Source: a virus (Duplodnaviria > Caudoviricetes). Taken from it: a DNA stretch of 64,000 nt. The notes below the pieces were generated by a model. The model had not been told where the DNA came from and did no database searches. It was given only the letters and a program-made list of their open reading frames with translations. Each line of letters starts with the position of its first letter. Position 1 is the first letter of the stretch. Both the position numbers and the translations under genes were made by a program. Below are positions 8,902 through 17,301 of the stretch, piece by piece. The stretch is from IMG/VR virus record IMGVR_UViG_3300033075_001877, positions 6,842 to 70,841 of that record; one strand, written 5' to 3'.

Positions 8902-9122
8902 TGGGCGCGTGGCGTCGCCTGTTCGACGGACAGGTGATCCACGACTGTGCCGGCGAGATGCGATTCGGCGACACCTGGGCCGTGTGCTCGGGGTGTGGAG
9001 CCGAGTGGCGCGCTGTGTTCAAGACCAACGCACGCGGTGATGAGGAGCCAGTGAGGTGGGACCGCATCGGTCCCCTCTCCTGGCCCGAGTCCCGCTTCTA
9101 TCCCCCCGACGAACCGTTCTGA
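8901..9122 (+). CDS. hypothetical protein with CxxC zinc ribbon (73 aa)
   Basis: HDC...CSGC; coupled start. Confidence 0.5.
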   Translation: MGAWRRLFDGQVIHDCAGEMRFGDTWAVCSGCGAEWRAVFKTNARGDEEPVRWDRIGPLSWPESRFYPPDEPF

Positions 9123-9136
9123 GAGGACCACATCTC

Positions 9137-9430
9137 ATGGGAAGCAAGGATCCGGCGGCCGACGACTACCGCCAGATGCAGCAGCGGAAGGCCCTCCGGC
9201 TGATCCGCGACGGCGGCGACGTGCGCATCGACTGTGCGCATCGCACGCTCTGGAAGCCAGACAACAGCGACCTCTCGGTCGTCGTCGTCGAGATCTACGA
9301 ACGCCAGCCCGGCGGGCTGTGGCGCCGCACGCCAACGGCGACGCTCATGGTCGACGCCGAGACGACGATCGGCGCACTGGCGACCGTGACCCGCATGGCC
9401 GCCGAATACACGGAAGCGAGCGCAGCCTGA
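9137..9430 (+). CDS. hypothetical protein (97 aa)
   Basis: GAGAGGA RBS; stop overlaps the erf start. Confidence 0.55.
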   Translation: MGSKDPAADDYRQMQQRKALRLIRDGGDVRIDCAHRTLWKPDNSDLSVVVVEIYERQPGGLWRRTPTATLMVDAETTIGALATVTRMAAEYTEASAA

Positions 9431-10629
9431 TGGAGACCCAAGAGGCCGAAGCACTGGCCGAACACGACGCCGAGCTCGCCCGGGAGGCCGAGATCGACGC
9501 ACCGATCGCCGTGCTCCTGGGACGCGTGAGCCGAGCCATCGGCGCCATCGCCAAGGCGCGCACCGCGAATGCCGGCGGCTCCTACCAGTTCCGCGGGTTC
9601 GATGACGTGCTCGACGCGATCCACGCGCCGCTCGCCGACCACGGGATCATCACCGTGCCCGTGGTGCTCGACTACCGCCAGGAGATCGAGCGCTGGCAGG
9701 AGTCGACGAACCAGGGGACGCGCATGCGTTCCCAGGCCAACGTCCGACTCGAGTACGGCCTCGACTTCATCGGGCCGCGCGGCGACTGCATCCGCGCCTC
9801 GATCGCTGCCGAGGCGCAGGACTTCGGCGACAAGGCCACGGCGAAGGCGAACTCCGTCGCCTACCGCACCATCATGATCCACACGTTCTCGATCCCGGTG
9901 AGCGACGAAGCGGTGAGCCGCGACCTCGAGGACGACAACGACCAGCGCGTCACGGTCGACCCGAAGATGGCGCACGCCAACGCCTACAACGCCGCCAAGA
10001 GCGCGCTCCGCGAGATGACCGACGCGACCAACGACGACCGCATGCGGCTGTGCTCGATGGGCTCCGGCGGCGAGGTGTCGGACTCGAAGCAGCTCATGAC
10101 GATGGAGGTCGCCCAGCTCGATCGGATCCGCAACCTGGCCGAGCTGTGGAACACCGGCGTGCGCTTCGGGTTGCCGTCCGCGCCGCCGCCGGCCGAGCCC
10201 GTCGCTCCCCCTGTCGAGCCCGCCGGTGGTCCGGCCATGAGCGCCGCCGAAGAGGTCGGCCAGCGCATGATCGGCCGGCCGTCCGATCACCGGCCCGCCG
10301 GGGTTGGCCATGCCATCGCCGTGCTGCGGGTTCTCGAGCAGACCCAGCTCGTCGAGACGCCCGACCCCGAGGCTGAAGCACGGCGCGCCGCGCTGGCCGA
10401 GAAGGCGCGTGCTGACGTCGAGGCTGCGAAGGCGGCACGACCCGTCGAGGCCGGGGCCGCGAGGGCCGAGGAGTACCGCTCGACGCTGGCCGGATGGTCC
10501 AAGCAGCAGTTGGTCGAGGAGCTCACGGCCTTCGGCCTGCCGACCGCCGGCACGCAGCAGGCGCTCCGCCAGCGGGTGCAGGAGGCGTGGATCGCCCGGG
10601 CGAACGAAGCGGCCAGTGCCGAGGCGTAA
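9430..10629 (+). CDS. erf: ERF-family single-strand annealing protein with C-terminal SAP-like domain
   Basis: 'AIAKARTANAGGSYQFRGFDDVLDAIHAPLADHGI', 'AEAQDFGDKATAKANSVAYR'; C-terminal 'WSKQQLVEELTAFGLPTAGTQQALRQRV' fits the SAP pattern. Confidence 0.82.
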   Translation: METQEAEALAEHDAELAREAEIDAPIAVLLGRVSRAIGAIAKARTANAGGSYQFRGFDDVLDAIHAPLADHGIITVPVVLDYRQEIERWQESTNQGTRMRSQANVRLEYGLDFIGPRGDCIRASIAAEAQDFGDKATAKANSVAYRTIMIHTFSIPVSDEAVSRDLEDDNDQRVTVDPKMAHANAYNAAKSALREMTDATNDDRMRLCSMGSGGEVSDSKQLMTMEVAQLDRIRNLAELWNTGVRFGLPSAPPPAEPVAPPVEPAGGPAMSAAEEVGQRMIGRPSDHRPAGVGHAIAVLRVLEQTQLVETPDPEAEARRAALAEKARADVEAAKAARPVEAGAARAEEYRSTLAGWSKQQLVEELTAFGLPTAGTQQALRQRVQEAWIARANEAASAEA

Positions 10630-10840
10630 GCGCGAGATCCCCACCGACAAGGTGGCGGCCTACGTGTACCACCTCTCGCACTCGCGCATCGCCTTCACCG
10701 TCGACACGGTGGCGGACTACGCGAAGTGTGAACCCGAGGTGGCGCTCGCCGTCATCAAGGCCGGCGTGGCTGACGAGTGGTGCTACAAGACGCATCCCAT
10801 GCGACTCGGCGACCCGGACCTCTATGTCGGGAAGCTGTGA
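10616..10840 (+). CDS. hypothetical protein (74 aa), possibly winged-helix
   Basis: GTG start; helical pattern 'FTVDTVADYAKCEPEVALAVIKAGV'. Confidence 0.45.
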   Translation: MPRRKREIPTDKVAAYVYHLSHSRIAFTVDTVADYAKCEPEVALAVIKAGVADEWCYKTHPMRLGDPDLYVGKL

Positions 10841-11058
10841 TGGACGCGAGGATCGAGCTCGTCCGCGTGCTGCTGCAGGCGGAGGGGTTCCCGGTCACGA
10901 AGGTCTACCGCGACGTCGATGGCGAGGTCGCGATCGACTGGAAGATCACCGGCTACGCCCAGCGCGACGAGGCGTGGCTGCGGGTCGCTCACCGCGTGCT
11001 TGTCAGCGTCGGGGAGTCTGACGAGGACATCCCGTTCGAGGAATGGAGGGACCGATGA
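10840..11058 (+). CDS. hypothetical protein (72 aa)
   Basis: Coupled start/stop. Confidence 0.55.
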   Translation: MDARIELVRVLLQAEGFPVTKVYRDVDGEVAIDWKITGYAQRDEAWLRVAHRVLVSVGESDEDIPFEEWRDR

Positions 11059-11300
11059 GCGGATCGTCTCCGCGCCGCATGATCTGGGCGCGTACCCCCG
11101 AGGGTGTCGTGCGGCACCTGCTGCCATCGCACTCATCGAGCCACACGTTGTGTGGTCTCAAGCAGGAAGGCAAGCCCTGGTTCAAGGGCTCCGACGAGGA
11201 AGGGTGGCACATAGCTGTGTGCAAGAACTGCTGTGACGTTGTGGCGCAGGCCGGCGAGATGCTGGCTGTGGCCGTTACCCGGACAGGGGTGAGGTCGTGA
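11055..11300 (+). CDS. hypothetical protein with putative Zn site (H...C...CxxC)
   Basis: 'RHLL...HTLCG...AVCKNC'. Confidence 0.5.
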   Translation: MSGSSPRRMIWARTPEGVVRHLLPSHSSSHTLCGLKQEGKPWFKGSDEEGWHIAVCKNCCDVVAQAGEMLAVAVTRTGVRS

Positions 11301-11650
11301 GGCGCGTTCGGCGAGCGCGCGAGTTCTCCGACACGCGCAACCCGAAGCCGAAGATCGGGCGCAACGACTACTGCCCGTGCGCCTCAGGCGAGAAGGCGAA
11401 GCACTGCCACCTGCAGGGCTCCACGTGGCGCGTCGAACTCGACGTGCTCGGCGAGGGCGCGCCGCTGGCGGTGCTCGAGCGCGACATGGCGCTCGCCTAC
11501 CTCACGAGCACACCTGACCAGAAGCGCCGGTGGGAGGAGCTCATGGTCCAGCGCTGGGCCGAGCACCAGCGCGCCGAGGAGAAGGCGCAGGCCGACGCCG
11601 AGGCCGACATCGCCAAGGTCATCAACGCAGGAAAGAGGATCACCCCATGA
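11297..11650 (+). CDS. SEC-C metal-binding motif protein
   Basis: 'KIGRNDYCPCASGEKAKHCH' matches the SecA C-terminal zinc-binding motif. Confidence 0.8.
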   Translation: MRRVRRAREFSDTRNPKPKIGRNDYCPCASGEKAKHCHLQGSTWRVELDVLGEGAPLAVLERDMALAYLTSTPDQKRRWEELMVQRWAEHQRAEEKAQADAEADIAKVINAGKRITP

Positions 11651-12312
11651 CGACGACCGTCGAGTCGCGGCACCTCGCCGCGACGTACTGGAAGAACAAC
11701 AGCGAGCTCATCAAGGCGTGCGCGGACCTGCGCTACCTCAAGCCCACCGACAAGATCATCGACCCCACCTACGGCATGGGGAACTGGTGGAACGCGTGGC
11801 AGCCCGAGGTGCCGATCGTGAAGCACGACCTGCGCCTCGACGGCGTCGACTTCACCAACCTGCCGCACGAGGCCGACGAGTTCGACGCGTGCACCTTCGA
11901 TCCCCCCTATGTGGCCAAGGGCGGGCGCGCCACGTCGGGGATCGCCGAGATGGACGACCGCTTCGGGCTCGGCGACGCACCGAAGACGCCCGAGCTCCTG
12001 CAGGAACTCATCCAGCTCGGCATGCGCGAGATCGACCGCGTCGTGAAGCCCCGCGGCTTCGTGCTCGTGAAGGTCATGGACTACGTCTCGTCGGGCACGC
12101 TGTGGCCCGGCGTGATGTACACCTGGGACTACGCGACCCGCGTGCTGCAGTGGGATCTCGTCGATCGTTCGATCCACCTCCGCAAGGCCAACGCGCTGCA
12201 GCCGAAACGATCGCGCGGTGACGGCCAGCCCGTGCGCCAGCACCACTTCGGCGCCAACTACTCGACGCTGCTCGTGTTCTCCACGGGCAAGGTGCGGCGG
12301 TGCGACTCGTGA
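11647..12312 (+). CDS. orphan amino-DNA methyltransferase (N6A/N4C type)
   Basis: SAM-binding-like 'IIDPTYGMG', catalytic 'FDPPY', 'REIDRVVKPRGFVLVKVMD'. Confidence 0.75.
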   Translation: MTTTVESRHLAATYWKNNSELIKACADLRYLKPTDKIIDPTYGMGNWWNAWQPEVPIVKHDLRLDGVDFTNLPHEADEFDACTFDPPYVAKGGRATSGIAEMDDRFGLGDAPKTPELLQELIQLGMREIDRVVKPRGFVLVKVMDYVSSGTLWPGVMYTWDYATRVLQWDLVDRSIHLRKANALQPKRSRGDGQPVRQHHFGANYSTLLVFSTGKVRRCDS

Positions 12313-12635
12313 AGGGCGGCACCATCACCATCCCGGTGAAGGGTGAGCGCACCTTCAAGGTCGGCGGCTCCCCCTGCGAGGCCACGCGCAACGAGTGGAT
12401 CGTCATGCAGCTCGAAATTGGTGACGACGTCGCGGTGCGCCGCTACAAGCGAGAGCCTCATGACATCGAAGTGCTGCGCGTCACGGAGCGAGCCTGGATC
12501 TATGACGGGCTCATCCTCGGCGTCGGCTTCGTCCGCGAGCGCGGCACGGAGCGCGAGCACGTCGAGCGCGCGCCGGCCGTGCACGCGGACTTCGACGACG
12601 TGATGCCTCTGTGCCGCGAAGTGGTCGACGCATGA
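12309..12635 (+). CDS. hypothetical protein (108 aa)
   Basis: GTGA coupling at the start, ATGA at the end. Confidence 0.55.
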   Translation: MKGGTITIPVKGERTFKVGGSPCEATRNEWIVMQLEIGDDVAVRRYKREPHDIEVLRVTERAWIYDGLILGVGFVRERGTEREHVERAPAVHADFDDVMPLCREVVDA

Positions 12636-12805
12636 AGGGCCGGCGCAAGACCACCAGCATCCGCCTGCCCGACGAACTCATGGGACGCATCCGCGTCGCT
12701 GCCGAGGAGCGCGATCTCTCCGTCAACTGGCTGATCGTCAAGGCCACCGAGGAGTTCATGGACCGCCTGATCCCTGCCGACGAAGTGAGGCTCACCCGTG
12801 ATTGA
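12632..12805 (+). CDS. ribbon-helix-helix (Arc/CopG-like) DNA-binding protein
   Basis: 'KTTSIRLPDELMGRIRVAAEERDLSVNWLIVKATEEFM'. Confidence 0.8.
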   Translation: MKGRRKTTSIRLPDELMGRIRVAAEERDLSVNWLIVKATEEFMDRLIPADEVRLTRD

Positions 12806-13127
12806 TCTCCGGTGTCGACCGATCGACGAGTGGATCGGTCCCCGCACATGGGGCCCGAACATGAAGAAGGCGCCGTTCGGTGCCACCTGGGAGCGCACTC
12901 GGAAGGACCTGATCCGCGAGCTCGAGATCCTCGATGCGCGTGACGTGCTGATCGGGCTCGACGTGCGCGCCGACCAGATCCGCCAGGGTGGACGCCACAC
13001 CCTGATGGCCGATTGGCAGGGGATGTCTGGAACTTCCCTACCCTGGCCGGAGCGAGGCGCCGTGCTCACCTCTGACCCCATCACCAAGAGCGTGTGGGAC
13101 TACCCACTGCCGAAGAAGGAGCAACCC
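12798..13127 (+). pseudogene. truncated 5' part of a conserved phage gene, fused in frame through a 63-bp foreign patch to downstream sequence
   Basis: 'LRCRPIDEW...PFGATWERTRKDLIRELEILDARDVLIGLDV..DQIR' resembles the N-terminal domain of a common phage protein family (often J-domain associated). The resemblance stops exactly where the 63-bp copy of the 58-kb methylase begins. Confidence 0.55.
12988..13050 (+). repeat. 63-bp sequence identical to 58306-58368 (inside the foreign methyltransferase gene)
   Basis: GTGGACGCCACACCCTGATGG...CCCTACCCTGGCCGG matches base for base, same orientation. Confidence 0.95.
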
Positions 13128-13628
13128 GTGGACCCAACCCCTCGCATCACGCGTGAGCCTCGTGTGCTCACCGAGCGTGAGCTGTTTCGCGGGGTGACCG
13201 CCCGCAAAGTGGCCCACCGGCTCGACAAGAGCACCCCGATCCTGAGCGTCGGGTGGAACGCCTGGGCCGTGGTGGCGTGCACCAACCGCCGGGTGAACAT
13301 CACGGCCGCCCGGGCCGACAACCTGCCTGAGGGCGTGCGGCTGTGCCAGCACTGCCACCCCGAGACCAAGATGCAGCGCCTCACCAACCCTCGGGTGATC
13401 CCGGCGACCTACACCAACACCCCCGAGGCGCCCGAGCCCATGCTCCAGTTCTTCGCCTACGCCCATCTGCCCGAACGCTTGCAGACGGTCTCGGCCTCCT
13501 TCAGCGAGCTGGCCCACGCCATCGTGGCGAAGCTGCCCCGCAACCCCGAGCGCACTGTGGCGTTGCGCAAGCTCCTGGAGTCCAAGGATGCGGCGGTGCG
13601 GGCCATGATCTACCGGGACCCCTCATGA
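13128..13628 (+). CDS. two-domain protein: Zn-binding segment + conserved helical-hairpin domain (QFFAYAHLP...RNPERTVALRKLLESKDAAVRA)
   Basis: Own SD AAGGAG at 13116-13121 + GTG; C...CQHC; C-terminal domain starts at M13440. Confidence 0.65.
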   Translation: MDPTPRITREPRVLTERELFRGVTARKVAHRLDKSTPILSVGWNAWAVVACTNRRVNITAARADNLPEGVRLCQHCHPETKMQRLTNPRVIPATYTNTPEAPEPMLQFFAYAHLPERLQTVSASFSELAHAIVAKLPRNPERTVALRKLLESKDAAVRAMIYRDPS

Positions 13629-13795
13629 GCCCCATCGTGGAGGCTATGTCACGATGCTCACCTCGGGCATCCTCTACGGCTCGGTCCTCGGCGCGATCTA
13701 TGGCCAGTGGGCCGTCATCATCTCGGCCAGCGCGTTCACTCTCATGATGACGCCGGCCGTGCTCATCGTCTACCGCTGGTCCAGGGAGGCCTTCG

Positions 13796-14143
13796 ATGCG
13801 TGATCCCCGTGCGATCTGGGCCGAGGTACCCAGCCCTGGGTGCAAGGGCCTCTGCACCGACAACTGCACCGTGGTACCGGTGGCTGAGCGCGAGGTGCCA
13901 CTCATCGGCGCCGAGCGCACCGTGAAGGTCGACCGCCTGCACCTCATGGCCACGACCGAGAAGTCCGTGTGCGCATCGCTCGACCAGTTCGGTCGGTGCG
14001 CGGTCTACGACAACCGACCCCTGCTGTGCCGCCTGTACGGAGCCACCCCGCAGCTCGCGTGCGACCACGGCTGCCAGCCCACCATCACCCACGAACACGC
14101 GTCCGCGCTGACGCGCGAGATGTTCGGAATCGAGGAGTCATGA
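13796..14143 (+). CDS. YkgJ/CxxCxxCC family Fe-S or Zn cluster protein
   Basis: 'CKGLCTDNC...CASLDQFGRCAVYDNRPLLCRLYG'. Confidence 0.78.
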   Translation: MRDPRAIWAEVPSPGCKGLCTDNCTVVPVAEREVPLIGAERTVKVDRLHLMATTEKSVCASLDQFGRCAVYDNRPLLCRLYGATPQLACDHGCQPTITHEHASALTREMFGIEES

Positions 14144-14424
14144 CCCCACCAACCACCATGCTGCAGGGCCGCAACGTCCTGGTCCGCGACACCCGCATCC
14201 TGCTCGCCCTCGGCGGCGGGCCGGCGTCGATGACGAAGCTCATGGACGCGCTCGGCCGGCGCTACAGCACCGTGCACGACACGCTCCACCGGCTCAAGCG
14301 CGCCGGGCTCGTCGAGAGCGTGAAGGGCGAGGCTGGGTCGTTCGGCCGGCCGCCGCTCGAGTGGCGCCTCACCGACGACGGCGTGAGCGCCAAGGCCGAG
14401 CTGATCCTGGGTGAGGGCATCTGA
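14140..14424 (+). CDS. winged helix-turn-helix DNA-binding protein
   Basis: 'ASMTKLMDALGRRYSTVHDTLHRLKRAGLVES' plus a beta-wing; GAGGAG RBS. Confidence 0.78.
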   Translation: MTPPTTMLQGRNVLVRDTRILLALGGGPASMTKLMDALGRRYSTVHDTLHRLKRAGLVESVKGEAGSFGRPPLEWRLTDDGVSAKAELILGEGI

Positions 14425-14521
14425 CGCGCGCCGGCGCGCGTGTGGCACTCTCTCCTCCCACAACGAATGCGCCCCGGCGACCGCGTCAACGGCCCCGGGG
14501 CATGATCGAGAGGACTCCTCG

Positions 14522-15385
14522 ATGGACGCTGACTCTACAAGCGCTGTGCTCGTTGAAGGGGCATATCGCTACGCCAGGATCCCCGAGTGGGTCCTGTTCC
14601 ATGACGAGCTGACCGCCACGGCGAAGCTCGCCTACGCGGCCCTGGATCGCTACGCGGGTGCCACGGCCAAGGCGTGGCCGGGCATCCCGACGCTCGCGAA
14701 GCGCCTCGGGATGGACACCTCGACGGTGCGCCGCGCGATCCGCTCGCTCGAAGAGGCAGGGGCGCTCGTGACGACGCCGCGCTTCGTCGATGGGCGCCAG
14801 ACCAGCAACCACTACCGGCTCGTCGGTGATGCGCCAGTGCCCACCCGCCCAGGCGCTGGTGCAGGGGTCCCCCCAGGCGCTGGTGCAGGGGGGGAGGCAG
14901 GCGCTGGTGCCTGGGGAGAGAACGAGAGCCAGAAGGATCGAGAGCCAGACGAACGAGAGCCATGTTCCGTCGAGGTCGCTGACGCTCCCACGCCGAAGCC
15001 CCGCTCGCCGCAGCAGCGTCTCGCCGATGCACGGATCGAGGCGCTCGCGCTCGTCACCCGCGCCGACGCCACGCGACCGCCCGCCTGGTACAAGCGAGCG
15101 AGCAAGGTGCTGCGCGACCTCGGCCAGCCCGAGCCGGGCGAGCTCATCGTGAAGGCGGCCCTCTACCGCCGCCAGTGGCCGACGATGACGCTCACGATGG
15201 AAGCGCTCGCGAAGCACTGGGCCGAGCTCACGCCGCAGAACGCGCTGACCGAGAGCGAGCGGTGGGCACTCGAAGACCCGAAGCTCACCGACGAGCAGCG
15301 CAACACCGAGCTCGCCGCCGTGCTCGGCCCGAAGGTCATGAACGCACTCCGCCAGATGGCGGAGCTGGTTGAGGGCAAGAGCTGA
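14522..15385 (+). CDS. phage replication initiator (lambda O/DnaD-like, N-terminal HTH_36-type domain)
   Basis: 'YARIPEWVLFHDELTATAKLAYAAL...AWPGIPTLAKRLGMDTSTVRRAIRSLEEAGAL...QTSNHY'; internal repeats in the linker. Confidence 0.82.
   Translation: MDADSTSAVLVEGAYRYARIPEWVLFHDELTATAKLAYAALDRYAGATAKAWPGIPTLAKRLGMDTSTVRRAIRSLEEAGALVTTPRFVDGRQTSNHYRLVGDAPVPTRPGAGAGVPPGAGAGGEAGAGAWGENESQKDREPDEREPCSVEVADAPTPKPRSPQQRLADARIEALALVTRADATRPPAWYKRASKVLRDLGQPEPGELIVKAALYRRQWPTMTLTMEALAKHWAELTPQNALTESERWALEDPKLTDEQRNTELAAVLGPKVMNALRQMAELVEGKS
14850..14962 (+). repeat. probable replication-origin iterons inside the initiator gene
   Basis: CAGGCGCTGGTGC x3 (14850, 14874, 14898; 24-bp period), then purine-rich CGAGAGCCA x3 (14923, 14939, 14954). 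Confidence 0.72.
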
Positions 15386-16221
15386 TGGCCACGCGCACGA
15401 CGATCTCGCGCGGCATGGAGGCCATGTACGCCGCGCTCTCGCGGTACCCGCCGGAGAAGGAGAAGGCGCAGGCGAAGGAGGTCTGGGCCGCGGCCTTCGA
15501 CACCGTGCCCGACGAGATCTTCCTCGACGTGCTCGAAGAGTGGTGCCTCCACAACGACCGGCTCCCCACGGTGAGCCAGATGATGGAGCGGTGCCAGGCG
15601 GCCAGGAGAGCCGTTCCTGAGCCCGTAGCGCTCCCCGGGGGCCCCGCGCCGGTACAGACCTACCCCGTGAGCTCTCGGCGACGCGTGGGCGGCGTTCTGC
15701 GCCGCCTCGTGGCAGATGCGGCGAACGCAGCGCTGATCGTCGAGACGGTGATCATCCCCGGCGACCCGCCGACGTCGAGGATCGTGGTGCACTCCCCCGA
15801 CCGCCACGCCGGCGTGCACTCGCTGCACGACCACGGCAACGCCGACCGTTGCCCGGCCTGCAACCGCCACGACATCGACGAGAACGGACGCCACCTCCCG
15901 GACTGCGCGCGCTGCGCCATGCTCGCCCGGGACCGGATGATGTCGGTGTCCGCGCTCTTCGACCCCGACTACGAGCCCGGCTTCGAGCCCGAGACGGGCG
16001 AGGGTGAGCCCCACGGCGCCGTGCTCGTGTCGTGCAAGACGTGCGCGGGCGAGCGCTTCATCGCGAAGCCCGATGGGTCGGTGTGGCCCTGCCCGCACTG
16101 CAACCCCGAGGCCTACGCCCGCTGGTCGACGAAGCATTACGCCGCCGGCCACGACTGCCCCTCCTGCAGCGACGTCCGCCGCGGGATCGCCCCCAAAGCC
16201 AGTGAGAGGACCACGCGATGA
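15385..16221 (+). CDS. putative helicase loader/inhibitor (lambda P/G39P-like N-terminus) with C-terminal Zn fingers
   Basis: Directly after the initiator; 'EVWAAAFDTVPDEIFLDVLEEWCLHNDRLPTVSQM'; several CxxC pairs. Confidence 0.6.
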   Translation: MATRTTISRGMEAMYAALSRYPPEKEKAQAKEVWAAAFDTVPDEIFLDVLEEWCLHNDRLPTVSQMMERCQAARRAVPEPVALPGGPAPVQTYPVSSRRRVGGVLRRLVADAANAALIVETVIIPGDPPTSRIVVHSPDRHAGVHSLHDHGNADRCPACNRHDIDENGRHLPDCARCAMLARDRMMSVSALFDPDYEPGFEPETGEGEPHGAVLVSCKTCAGERFIAKPDGSVWPCPHCNPEAYARWSTKHYAAGHDCPSCSDVRRGIAPKASERTTR

Positions 16222-16907
16222 CCGACAACCCCTGCCCCTACTACTGCTGGGTCGACCTCGAGACGACCGGCCTCGATCTCGAGGATGACGCGATCATCGA
16301 GATCGGCGCCGTGCTGTGCGAGGCGCTGCCGGCGTCCCTCGACACGGGCGACCGCTTCCCGGGCCGCATGAAGGAGATCGACCGCTTCCATATCATCGTC
16401 CCGCCAGCGCGGCACTGGACCCCGGTGCGGTGGAACAAGGTCGTCGTGAAGATGCACACCGAGAGCGGCCTGCTGGCCGAGGTCGAAGAGGCGCGGGCCT
16501 TCTTCAACTCCGCCGACCCGCCGGCACAGCCCACGCGCAGTGACGGGTCGCAGTGGTGTCGCGCGATCGCCGAGGCGGACGCCTCGCTCAGCCACTGGCT
16601 TGGCGCGCACATCGGGACCAAGTGGCTCCATGAGGTGCGCATGGCCGGGTCGGGCGTGTCGCACTTCGACCTCGAGCGCGTGCGTAAGTGGATGCCGCAG
16701 ACGATGACGTGGTTCAGCTGGCGCCCCTTCGATGTCGGCCAGATCGAGGAGTTCTTCCACCTCTTCGAGCTTCCGACCTTCGGCGAGATCCACCCCGAAG
16801 CGCGCGAGCAGTTGAAGACCCACCGCGCGCTGAGCGACCTCGAGTACCACCTCGCCGAGTACGAGTGGATCCGGGCGTTCTTCGAGGGCGCGGTGCTGGA
16901 CTCATGA
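16218..16907 (+). CDS. DEDDh 3'-5' exonuclease, oligoribonuclease (Orn)-like
   Basis: ExoI WVDLETTGLD, 'VKMHTESGLL', 'MAGSGVSHFD', ExoIII 'HRALSDL'. Confidence 0.85.
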   Translation: MTDNPCPYYCWVDLETTGLDLEDDAIIEIGAVLCEALPASLDTGDRFPGRMKEIDRFHIIVPPARHWTPVRWNKVVVKMHTESGLLAEVEEARAFFNSADPPAQPTRSDGSQWCRAIAEADASLSHWLGAHIGTKWLHEVRMAGSGVSHFDLERVRKWMPQTMTWFSWRPFDVGQIEEFFHLFELPTFGEIHPEAREQLKTHRALSDLEYHLAEYEWIRAFFEGAVLDS

Positions 16908-17004
16908 CGGCTGCCAGCATCCTCCGCCCGTCGCTCGTGATGATCGGCCTCACCGGCCAAGCCGCCTACGGCCACAAGAAGCGCGCCGCCAAGGCCGGTG
17001 CGCG

Positions 17005-17301
17005 ATGAAGCGTATCGAAGACCTCGTGAACGTCGAAGTCGAGCACCTCCTCGGCCTCGTCTCCGGGCTGCCGCTCGTGAAGCTGCGCGCCGAGTCGAAG
17101 GGCACGGTGCTCGTCGGCCAGCTCGAGCCGGCGCAGGCCCGCGAGATCGCGTGTCACCTGTTCGAAGCCGCGGCGCGCGCCGAGTACGAGCACGACCTGT
17201 ACAGCTCCATGATCGCGGCCGGGTTCGGTGACGACCTGCTCGGCCCGATGCTGCACCTCGTCCGCGAGGGCGAGCGCCGCCGTCTGCAAGGCGGTGCGTG
17301 A
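17005..17301 (+). CDS. hypothetical protein (98 aa)
   Basis: Coupled in the operon; coding bias. Confidence 0.6.
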   Translation: MKRIEDLVNVEVEHLLGLVSGLPLVKLRAESKGTVLVGQLEPAQAREIACHLFEAAARAEYEHDLYSSMIAAGFGDDLLGPMLHLVREGERRRLQGGA

